From: Bacillus sp. BGMRC 2118
Lineage (GTDB): Bacteria > Bacillota > Bacilli > Bacillales > SA4
Reading direction: 5' to 3'
DNA: 24,000 nt
NCBI GenBank assembly: GCA_008364785.1
Contig: VTTJ01000006.1
Coordinates: 327,387-351,386, forward strand
Every line of letters starts with the position of its first letter. Position 1 is the first letter of the stretch. This document shows positions 16,511-24,000 of the stretch, piece after piece. Made by a program: the position numbers and the translations under genes. The notes beneath the pieces are model-generated. The model was not told where the DNA came from. It searched no databases and was given only the letters and a program-made list of their open reading frames with translations.

Positions 16511-17535
16511 GGGTATTGGATAGATTTCGGAAAAGTTATCAAAAACCATTGTTCTATTACATCATCATCGGGATACTGTTAGTCCTTTTTCCTTTTATCA
16601 ATGATGAACGGGCAATGCTTATATTATTTACTCAGATCTTTATATTTGCGGTTTTAGCGATGAGCTATGATTTATTACTTGGATACACTGGTATCGTATC
16701 ATTTGGCCATGCGATGTTCTTTGGTATCGGTGCCTATTCAACAGGTATCTTTCTAGACCGTATGGATGGGTCGATTCTAGCTTTAGTAATAGGATTACTT
16801 GTTGGGGCGGTACTTTCGGCAGTCGTTAGCTTCGTTGTAGGAATTCTCTCCTTACGGTTGAAGAGCCACTTTTATGCAATGCTGACAATGGCATTTGCCG
16901 GATTGTTTTTAGTACTAGCGCAGAAATGGCGTTCTGTCACACATGGAAATGATGGCTTTACATTTAGTATTCCTGATGCATTTAAAGAAAGGGAAGTGCT
17001 ATATTTCACATCTCTATTCCTTATGATTCTAGTATTTTTTGGATTAAGACGTTTTACATCCTCACCGGTAGGAAAGGTGCTGCAGGCAATAAGAGAAAAT
17101 GAATCGAGAACAGAATCTCTAGGTTTTCATATTCTTCACTACAAAGTAATTGCTAGTGTAATAGCGGGTGTAATAGCGAGTTTTGCCGGATCTTTTTATG
17201 TACTCACTCTTCGTTTCGTCAATACTTCTGTTTTCACGATGGATATTACATTGGACGCATTATTAATGACGATTATTGGAGGAGTTGGAACGCTTGCAGG
17301 TGCGATTTTAGGTGCTGGGATTATTGAATTTGCTCATCACTGGTTAACAGGTCTGGCGAAGGTACATTGGATTTTCGAGAGATGGATTATTTTATTCGGA
17401 ATCGTTTATATTCTGTCTGTTATGTTCTTTCCAAAAGGAATTGTTGGAACAAGTAAGCATTGGTTTGAAAAACGTAAATATGCCAGGGTCAATGAAGGGC
17501 AATTAACAGACAAAAATGCGGATGTCATGAGGTAG
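16507..17535 (+). CDS. branched-chain amino acid-type ABC permease, LivM-like
   Basis: Polytopic protein containing LLLGYTGIVSFGHAMFFGIGAY, which is typical of LivM. The start is GTG 16507, or TTG 16516 which has better RBS spacing. Confidence 0.85.
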   Translation: MRVLDRFRKSYQKPLFYYIIIGILLVLFPFINDERAMLILFTQIFIFAVLAMSYDLLLGYTGIVSFGHAMFFGIGAYSTGIFLDRMDGSILALVIGLLVGAVLSAVVSFVVGILSLRLKSHFYAMLTMAFAGLFLVLAQKWRSVTHGNDGFTFSIPDAFKEREVLYFTSLFLMILVFFGLRRFTSSPVGKVLQAIRENESRTESLGFHILHYKVIASVIAGVIASFAGSFYVLTLRFVNTSVFTMDITLDALLMTIIGGVGTLAGAILGAGIIEFAHHWLTGLAKVHWIFERWIILFGIVYILSVMFFPKGIVGTSKHWFEKRKYARVNEGQLTDKNADVMR

Positions 17536-17547
17536 GAGGAAGTTAAA

Positions 17548-17733
17548 ATGATGGAAGATACCCTTCAACACATTACTTCCTTCGTGATCAGGTGTACGTG
17601 CATTGATGTACAAGAATTGACTGGAGAAAAGGTGTGGAGAATTAAAGTAAAGCATGTACAAGGAGAAGAAGAAATCTCTGTACAGAGCCTTGACGATATG
17701 ATGGTTTACTTGAAAAGAGTACTTGGGGAGTGA
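17548..17733 (+). CDS. hypothetical 61-aa protein, translationally coupled on both sides
   Basis: AGGAGGA lies 7 nt before the ATG. The stop overlaps the start of the FabH-like gene. No family recognised. Confidence 0.55.
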   Translation: MMEDTLQHITSFVIRCTCIDVQELTGEKVWRIKVKHVQGEEEISVQSLDDMMVYLKRVLGE

Positions 17734-18764
17734 ATGAGTTGGTTTCAATTGGGATTAGGAGTACGGGCATCTATTTACCAAAATCTGTGATGACTAGCGA
17801 AGAACTAGCAGGAATATCAGGTATACCTAAAGAAATAGTAGAAAATAAGCTTGGTATTAAACAAAAACCAATACCTGGACCAGATGATCATACATGTCAT
17901 ATGGGGGTACTTGCCGCAAAGGAAGCAATAGATAATGCAGGCATAGATCCGCTTGATATTGATCTAGTTATTTATATTGGAGAAGAACATAAAGAGTATC
18001 CTCTTTGGACAGCAGGGATAAAACTCCAACAAGAAGTAGGAGCACTTAACGCATGGGCTTATGATGTAGCACTTAGGTGTGGAACGACTGTTATGGCGCT
18101 AAAAGTGGCGAAAGACATGATGAAAGCCGATGATTCAATACGTACAGTGTTGTTGGCAGGAGGTTACCGGAATGTTGACTTCATAGACTATAAGAATGCT
18201 AGAACAAGATTTATGTATAACTTGTCTGCAGGTGGTGGAGCAATTATTTTAGAAAAAGCGTATGGAGAGAACGAATTACTAGAAAGTCATATAATGACAG
18301 ACGGTTCGTTCTCTGAGGATGTAGTTGTAGTGGCAGGTGGGACGAAGGAACCAATTACACCAGAAGCCATAAGGCTCAATCGAAATATGCTGGATGTACT
18401 TGATCCTCAGGGAATGAAACAACGCTTAGAGGAAAAGTCGATGGTCAACTTCTTAACCGTGATTCGTAAATCGTTGGAGAAAAGTGGGTATTCTGAGCAA
18501 GACATTGACTTCATCGGGATCTTACATATGAAGAAGTCAGCACATGATTATGTATTAAAAGAACTTGGATTACGTGAGGAACAATCCATCTATTTGGAGG
18601 ACTATGGACATATCGGTCAAATTGATCAAATATTATCTCTGCAATTAGCTGAGCAAGAAGGTAAGTTGAAAAGTGGGGATATTGTTGTACTTGTAAGCGC
18701 AGGTATAGGATATGCCTGGGGAGCAACGACCATCAGGTGGGGTGAATGTTTAGTAGATTCATAA
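17730..18764 (+). CDS. FabH-like (KAS III / thiolase-superfamily) condensing enzyme
   Basis: Aligns by eye along its full length to recalled E. coli FabH: DVALRCGTT vs DVAAACAGF (Cys), LSAGGGAIIL vs FGDGAGAAVL, ILHMKK vs VPHQAN (His), and DYGHIGQID vs RHGNTSAAS (Asn replaced by His). The start may be TTG 17739. Confidence 0.8.
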   Translation: MNELVSIGIRSTGIYLPKSVMTSEELAGISGIPKEIVENKLGIKQKPIPGPDDHTCHMGVLAAKEAIDNAGIDPLDIDLVIYIGEEHKEYPLWTAGIKLQQEVGALNAWAYDVALRCGTTVMALKVAKDMMKADDSIRTVLLAGGYRNVDFIDYKNARTRFMYNLSAGGGAIILEKAYGENELLESHIMTDGSFSEDVVVVAGGTKEPITPEAIRLNRNMLDVLDPQGMKQRLEEKSMVNFLTVIRKSLEKSGYSEQDIDFIGILHMKKSAHDYVLKELGLREEQSIYLEDYGHIGQIDQILSLQLAEQEGKLKSGDIVVLVSAGIGYAWGATTIRWGECLVDS

Positions 18765-18853
18765 CTACCATATTGAGTGTATAAAGAAACAAACTGCAAT
18801 GAAAGTCATTTTTTTCTGAAACCGTTTACAGGAAAAAAGGAGGAATATTGTCG

Positions 18854-19768
18854 ATGAGTATCCAATTAAATAAAGTAGAATTATCGAATGGTGAAACATT
18901 AGGTTACCGGTTACGTGAAGGACAGGGCAAGACATTACTTTTAGTACATGGAAATATGACATCCTCTAAACATTGGGATTTACTAATTGAAGCCTTACCA
19001 AAGGACTATCATATTATTGCAGTTGATCTTCGTGGATTTGGTGAATCGACTTATCACAAGCCGATTACGAGTATTAAAGAATTTACAGATGATGTAAAGC
19101 TTTTTGTCGATGCTCTTGGATTAAAGGATTTTGCCATGATGGGCTGGTCAACTGGTGGGGGAGTCGTCATGCAATTTCAGGTAGATTATCCTGGCTATGC
19201 AACCGAACTAATTCTATTAGCTTCTGTTTCTACGAGAGGTTACCCATTTTATGGTGTGAACGAACAAGGACAAATTGATCTCACCAAACGCTATCGATCA
19301 CTAGAAGAAATTAAGCAGGACCCAGTTCGGACCATTCCTATTCAAGGAGCTTATAACTCGGGGAACCGGGAATTATTACGTATGATTTGGAATGCAACAA
19401 TATATGACCAAAACCAGCCAACACCGGAAAAGTATGAAGAATACATCGATGATATGCTTACGCAGCGTAATTTAGCAGAAGTGTATCATGCATTAAATAC
19501 ATTTAATATAAGTAAACATCATAACGGTGTGACAGAAGGAACGAATCTAGTGACGAAAATCACCATTCCAACCTTAGTGTTAAACGGGGAACGTGACAAA
19601 GTTGTTCTTAAGATAATGACTGATGAAATTGCAGCAGATTTAAACGAATCAATAGTGACGGTTGTTGAACTAAAAGGCTGTGGTCATTCAGCATTAATAG
19701 ATGATGTAACCCAATTAGTAGATGTTGTAACCGCATTTCTTGGAAAGAAAGTAGGGGAAACACAGTGA
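18854..19768 (+). CDS. alpha/beta fold hydrolase
   Basis: Oxyanion region LLLVHGNMTSS, nucleophile elbow GWSTGG and C-terminal His in GCGHSALID. ATG 18854 lies 10 nt after AAGGAGG; TTG 18848 is an alternative. Confidence 0.85.
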   Translation: MSIQLNKVELSNGETLGYRLREGQGKTLLLVHGNMTSSKHWDLLIEALPKDYHIIAVDLRGFGESTYHKPITSIKEFTDDVKLFVDALGLKDFAMMGWSTGGGVVMQFQVDYPGYATELILLASVSTRGYPFYGVNEQGQIDLTKRYRSLEEIKQDPVRTIPIQGAYNSGNRELLRMIWNATIYDQNQPTPEKYEEYIDDMLTQRNLAEVYHALNTFNISKHHNGVTEGTNLVTKITIPTLVLNGERDKVVLKIMTDEIAADLNESIVTVVELKGCGHSALIDDVTQLVDVVTAFLGKKVGETQ

Positions 19769-20505
19769 GATTAGAAAATAGAGTTGCCGTTGTTACAGGA
19801 GCCGCAAATGGAATTGGATTAGAGGCTGCAAAACTTTTTGCTCTAGAAGGGGCAAAAGTAGTGTTAGCTGATTATAACGAAGAACAAGGGGCAAAGCATG
19901 CGGAAGAACTTCGTGCCACGGGAGCTGACGTATTATTTGTTCAAGTTAACGTTGCAGATCGTGAAAGCGTTGATAACATGGTGGCTAAAACGATTAATAC
20001 GTATGGCCAAATCGACATATTAATTAACAATGCGGGCATAACGAGGGATGCAATGCTGACGAAAATGACACCTGAAAACTTTAGTCAGGTAATTGATGTT
20101 AACTTGACAGGGGTTTTTCATTGTACACAAGCGGTTGTGCCGTACATGATACAAGCCGGTAAAGGAAAGATTGTTGTCACCTCTTCTGTTTCTGGTGTGT
20201 ATGGAAATGTTGGTCAAACCAATTATGCTGCTGCTAAAGCAGGAGTAATTGGAATGGTGAAATCATGGGCAAAGGAATTAGGACGTAAAGGAATAAATGT
20301 AAATGCTGTTGCACCTGGATTTACAAATACAGCTATGGTTCAAACTGTCCCGGAAAAAGTCATTCAGCAGCTCGTTGCTACGATACCACTGCAACGACTA
20401 GGACAACCAGAAGATATTGCAAAAGCATATTTATACTTAGCTTCAGACGATTCAGACTATGTAACAGGAACAGTATTGCATGTAGATGGTGGAATCATGA
20501 TGTAA
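19765..20505 (+). CDS. SDR family oxidoreductase, FabG-like 3-oxoacyl reductase
   Basis: Cofactor motif TGAANGIG, plus NNAG, catalytic YAAAKAG and GINVNAVAPGF. The GTG start overlaps the upstream stop. Confidence 0.9.
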   Translation: MRLENRVAVVTGAANGIGLEAAKLFALEGAKVVLADYNEEQGAKHAEELRATGADVLFVQVNVADRESVDNMVAKTINTYGQIDILINNAGITRDAMLTKMTPENFSQVIDVNLTGVFHCTQAVVPYMIQAGKGKIVVTSSVSGVYGNVGQTNYAAAKAGVIGMVKSWAKELGRKGINVNAVAPGFTNTAMVQTVPEKVIQQLVATIPLQRLGQPEDIAKAYLYLASDDSDYVTGTVLHVDGGIMM

Positions 20506-20539
20506 GATTACTGTCTACCAATCAAGGAGGAACAAAATT

Positions 20540-21715
20540 ATGAGAAATGTAGTCATTACTTCAGCAGTACGTTCACCAATTGGTGATTTTGGTGGTGTCT
20601 TCAAAGACTTGCTGCCAACTGATTTAATTGTGCCAGTTTTAAAGGAGGCAGTATCAAGAAGTAACCTCGGAAACGATGAGATAAATGAGGTTATTTTAGG
20701 TCATTGTATTCAAAGAACGGACCAGCCAAACACAGCTAGAACGGCTGCATTACTTGCCGGTTTATCCGATGAAACTACAGGTTATACCATCCAGCGTCAA
20801 TGTGCTTCGGGTATGCAAGCAGTTATATCGGCTGCATTGCAAATTCAATCTGGGTTATCAGATGTAGTGGTGGCTGGTGGCGTTGAGGCTATGAGTTCAA
20901 GTCCATATTTATTAAAACAGCATCGCTGGGGAGCTAGAATGCAGCACAGCCAAGTAACAGATACAGTTTGGGAGATCTTAGAGGATCCTATCCATCATAT
21001 TATGATGGGAGAGACAGCTGAAAATTTAGCGGATATCCACAACATTACACGTGAAGAGCAGGATGAAATCGCCCTGCTTAGTCACCAACGAGCCGCAAAG
21101 GCAATCGAACAAGGTTACTTTGATTCTCAAATTGTACCCATTACGTTAAAGTTCCGAAAAGGGGAAACAGTCGTAACAAAGGATGAGCATCCACGTCCAA
21201 CTTTAACAAAAGAAGATTTGGCAAAATTAAAAACTGTTTTCCGCAAGGACGGTACCGTAACTGCAGGTAATGCTTCCGGCTTAAATGATGGAGCAGCTGC
21301 ATTAGTCTTAATGGATGAAGAAACCGCATTACAAAAGGGGATTAAGCCTCTAGCTAGAATTGTAGGCTTCCAAGTTTCAGGAGTCGATCCAAAGGTAATG
21401 GGAAGAGGACCAGTTCCTAGTATTCAGCGAGGATTAGAGAGAGTAGGCTGGTCGTTAGAAGATGCCGACTTAATTGAAGTGAACGAGGCATTCGCAGCAC
21501 AATACTTGGCTGTTGAAAAGGAACTTGGATTAAATCGTGATATTGTAAATGTTAATGGCAGTGGGATCAGCTTAGGACACCCCATTGGTTGTACAGGCGC
21601 AAGAATTATAACAAGTCTTGTCCATGAGCTTCACCGTAGAGAAGTAAATAAAGGTATTGCCTCATTATGTGTTGGTGGAGGAATGGGAGCAGCTGTATTT
21701 ATTGAGAGAGTATAA
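20540..21715 (+). CDS. thiolase (acetyl-CoA C-acetyltransferase family)
   Basis: Nucleophile region QRQCASGMQAV, plus NEAFAAQ, GHPIGCTGARI and SLCVGGGMGAA. RBS AAGGAGG. Confidence 0.92.
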   Translation: MRNVVITSAVRSPIGDFGGVFKDLLPTDLIVPVLKEAVSRSNLGNDEINEVILGHCIQRTDQPNTARTAALLAGLSDETTGYTIQRQCASGMQAVISAALQIQSGLSDVVVAGGVEAMSSSPYLLKQHRWGARMQHSQVTDTVWEILEDPIHHIMMGETAENLADIHNITREEQDEIALLSHQRAAKAIEQGYFDSQIVPITLKFRKGETVVTKDEHPRPTLTKEDLAKLKTVFRKDGTVTAGNASGLNDGAAALVLMDEETALQKGIKPLARIVGFQVSGVDPKVMGRGPVPSIQRGLERVGWSLEDADLIEVNEAFAAQYLAVEKELGLNRDIVNVNGSGISLGHPIGCTGARIITSLVHELHRREVNKGIASLCVGGGMGAAVFIERV

Positions 21716-21724
21716 GGTTAGTAG

Positions 21725-21750
21725 AAGGGGTCCTTAACGGGTCCCTTTTT
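21725..21750 (+). terminator. intrinsic terminator ending the transporter/acyl-processing operon
   Basis: AAGGGGTCC (21725-21733) pairs with GGGTCCCTT (21739-21747), including two G-U pairs, followed by a T-run. Confidence 0.6.
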
Positions 21751-21854
21751 GTTGTATTCATGGATAAATGATACATATAAAGTAAATGTTGATACAAATA
21801 TTTAAAATGTGGTGCATATGTGAAAGAAATTGATGCATACACAAATCCCTATTC

Positions 21855-21890
21855 AATTGTAACTCATTTGCAACTACAGTTCCTTATAGT
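21855..21890 (+). promoter_or_regulatory. second copy of the direct-repeat operator plus a -10-like hexamer
   Basis: AATTGTAAC (21855-21863) and ATTTGCAAC (21866-21874) are spaced 11 bp apart. TATAGT (21885-21890) lies 10 nt downstream, the same geometry as at 12741-12776. Confidence 0.6.
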
Positions 21891-21927
21891 AAATCATATG
21901 AATATGTATGAAAAAGGAGAGAGTGCT

Positions 21928-23421
21928 GTGAGATGGGATTTGGATTGGGTTGAGAAGCGTTCACAGCTAACGCCAGATAAGGTTGCCATCATTGATGGAG
22001 AAAATAATAACCAGTATACCTACAAAGAATTAGCCAATCGTGCCCATTCGTTTGCTACCTATTTGAAAAGTAAAGGTGTAACTAAAGGGGATCGTGTTGC
22101 TCTTCTTTGCCCTAACGACATATGCTATTTTGATTTTCTATTTGCATGTATGAAGATTGGTGCCATTTTTGTTCCGATTAATTGGCGATTATCACAGGTT
22201 GAAATACAAGCTATTCACGAAGACTGTACACCAAGTCTAATTGGCTATCACTCCCGTTTTGCAAACTTACTTCCGCCTGCAGACAAAATAATTCAGGTGG
22301 ATTGTGAACACTATGAATCTATTTTTAACAATAACTATACCGCTCTGATGGACTCAACCTTAACTGAGAATGATCCACTTACAATTATTTATACCGGAGG
22401 GACCACTGGGAAATCAAAAGGAGTGGTGCTCACACATTCGAACATAGGCTGGAATGCTATAAATACAATAGTGAGCTGGAGCCTGACAGAGTCTGATATT
22501 ACATTAACATACTTGCCTCTATTTCATACAGGAGGTTTAAATGCTTTAACGCTTCCGATTTTACTTATGGGTGGAACCGTGTTAATTGCAAGGGATTTTA
22601 ATCCAGAATATACGATAGATTTAATAGAAAAAGAGAAATGCACCATTTTACTAATGGTACCAACGATGTATCATTTGATCACTTTATCGAAATCCTTTCA
22701 GCATGCTAAATTTGAGAGTATGCGAACATTCTTATCCGGTGGTGCACCCTGTCCGTTAACCATCTACGAAGCGTTTATGGAAAAAGGAATTGATTTTAAA
22801 GAGGGGTATGGACTCACGGAAGCAGGACCTAATAATTTTTACATTGATCCCAAGTTATCAATGAAGAAAAAAGGTTCAATTGGCATGCCAATGATGTTTA
22901 ATAAGGCAAAAATCATGAAACACGATGGAACTCTTGCGAAAGTCAATGAAGTTGGAGAACTTTTGTTATTCGGGAATCATGTGTTTGATCATTATTGGAA
23001 TAATCCGGAAGCCACAAGGAAAGCAATCAAAAACGGCTGGCTACACACGGGCGACTTGGCAAGATATGATGAAGACGGTTATTACTATATTGTTGGACGT
23101 AAAAAGGAAATGATTATTACTGGTGGAGAAAACGTCTATCCACTAGAAGTCGAACAATGTATACAAAATCATGCTTCTGTCGCTGAAGTAGCAGTAGTCG
23201 GTTTGCCACATGAGAAATGGGGAGAAGTAGTTACTGCATTTGTATCGCTATATCCTGGACATACCGCAACAGAACAAGAGTTGAAGAATATTTGTCTACA
23301 GGAACTGGGCAGCTACAAGGTACCAAAATACTTTTGGATTATTGAAGAGCTGCCGAAAACGCACGTCGGAAAAATTGATAAGAAACAATTACAAACACAA
23401 TATGAATGTTTCATTAGTTAA
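21928..23421 (+). CDS. acyl-CoA synthetase (AMP-forming, ANL superfamily)
   Basis: AMP-binding motifs YTGGTTGKSKG, GYGLTEAG, TGDLARYDEDGYYYIVGRKKEMIITGGENVYP and GKIDKKQL. I choose GTG 21928 (AAGGAGAG 9 nt upstream), because the ORF-track start at 21820 would make the operator/promoter coding. Confidence 0.88.
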   Translation: MRWDLDWVEKRSQLTPDKVAIIDGENNNQYTYKELANRAHSFATYLKSKGVTKGDRVALLCPNDICYFDFLFACMKIGAIFVPINWRLSQVEIQAIHEDCTPSLIGYHSRFANLLPPADKIIQVDCEHYESIFNNNYTALMDSTLTENDPLTIIYTGGTTGKSKGVVLTHSNIGWNAINTIVSWSLTESDITLTYLPLFHTGGLNALTLPILLMGGTVLIARDFNPEYTIDLIEKEKCTILLMVPTMYHLITLSKSFQHAKFESMRTFLSGGAPCPLTIYEAFMEKGIDFKEGYGLTEAGPNNFYIDPKLSMKKKGSIGMPMMFNKAKIMKHDGTLAKVNEVGELLLFGNHVFDHYWNNPEATRKAIKNGWLHTGDLARYDEDGYYYIVGRKKEMIITGGENVYPLEVEQCIQNHASVAEVAVVGLPHEKWGEVVTAFVSLYPGHTATEQELKNICLQELGSYKVPKYFWIIEELPKTHVGKIDKKQLQTQYECFIS

Positions 23422-23481
23422 TTCTTCCAAATTCTTGTTCCCTCTTATACAATTAAAGTAGATACATAAGGGGGGAAATGA

Positions 23482-24000
23482 ATGATTCGCTTTTCATTAT
23501 TAAGAGGAGACTATGTATACTTAGATCGTTTTAAGGTGAAAGATGTTCCTACAATTACCAACTGGTACCGAGAAGAGGAGTTTACACGTAATATGGATGC
23601 ACTTCTTGCTCTACCGAAGCGGGAAAAAGATATTCAAAAAATGGTAGAATTAGAGTCAGAGAAGGACTATTTATTTGCAGTTCGGAAAAATGAGACAGAT
23701 GAGATTGTGGGAATTGTTGGATTAGATGGGATCCTATGGAACCATCGAACAGCCTGGGTATCTATTGGAATTGGAAGTAATAACCGACAAAAAGGCATTG
23801 GCAAGGAAGCACTGCGTTTAGCAATGGACCTTGCATTCCAGGAATTTAACTTGTACCGTCTTCAGTTAACAGTATTTGAATACAATACACGAGCAATTGC
23901 ATTATACGAATCTTTAGGATTTCAAAAAGAAGGTACCTATCGCTCCTTTTTAGAAAGAGATAACCTTCGTTACGATATGCTGCTATATGGAATACTCAGA
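23482..24000 (+). CDS. GNAT family N-acetyltransferase (RimJ/RimL-like), 3'-truncated by the window
   Basis: My own translation from ATG 23482 gives MIRFSLLRGDYVYLDRF...IGIGSNNRQKGIGKEALRLAMDLAF...LTVFEYNTRAIALYESLGFQKEG. The Q/RxxGxG/A acetyl-CoA motif is present and the frame stays open to the window end. RBS AAGGGGGGA. Confidence 0.8.
   Translation, partial: MIRFSLLRGDYVYLDRFKVKDVPTITNWYREEEFTRNMDALLALPKREKDIQKMVELESEKDYLFAVRKNETDEIVGIVGLDGILWNHRTAWVSIGIGSNNRQKGIGKEALRLAMDLAFQEFNLYRLQLTVFEYNTRAIALYESLGFQKEGTYRSFLERDNLRYDMLLYGILR

Noticed and set aside
17548-17733. The 61-aa protein as a miniature acyl carrier protein (VQSLDDMMVYL resembles the ACP DSLD motif)
   Set aside because: Only 15 residues follow the Ser, so helices III-IV of an ACP fold cannot exist. 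The N-terminal part does not resemble ACP helix I. The similarity is limited to a 4-residue motif.
1-24000. Mobile element, prophage or genomic-island signatures
   Set aside because: I saw no integrase, transposase, recombinase, tRNA attachment site or obvious compositional break. The inverted 170-190 bp repeats have no convincing terminal inverted repeats or target-site duplications.

Overview
This looks like a low-GC Bacillaceae chromosomal segment, based on Shine-Dalgarno usage, comK, a Sip-type signal peptidase and a sortase. No rRNA, tRNA, CRISPR array, transposase or integrase is visible. From left to right the window holds: the 3' part of a methyl-accepting chemotaxis protein; a class D sortase translationally coupled to an acidic surface protein ending in LPVTA; an IDEAL-domain protein; comK; an S9 peptidase; and a DedA/TVP38 gene followed by signal peptidase I. 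The right half (8.9-24 kb) is the most interesting part. It starts with a 1075-aa regulator whose domain order is unusual: a MalT-like STAND ATPase, then TPR, then a C-terminal SARP module (winged helix plus BTAD). Directly after it comes a strictly phased 21-bp (42-bp higher-order) tandem array of about 14 TCGCTAAT cores, closed by an intrinsic terminator. Next is a 9-kb operon encoding a Liv-type ABC importer, a 61-aa ORF, a FabH-like condensing enzyme with an altered triad, an alpha/beta hydrolase, a FabG-like SDR and a thiolase. A second unit (acyl-CoA synthetase plus GNAT) follows. The two units carry the same 20-nt direct-repeat operator (ATTTGTAAC x2, 11-bp spacing) at the same distance from a -10-like hexamer. 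That geometry is what SARP activators use, so I propose one regulon under the STAND-SARP protein. A separate ~170-190 bp dispersed repeat occurs twice in inverted orientation (3.6 kb and 7.4 kb). All calls come from reading the sequence and recalling protein families; no database search was run.
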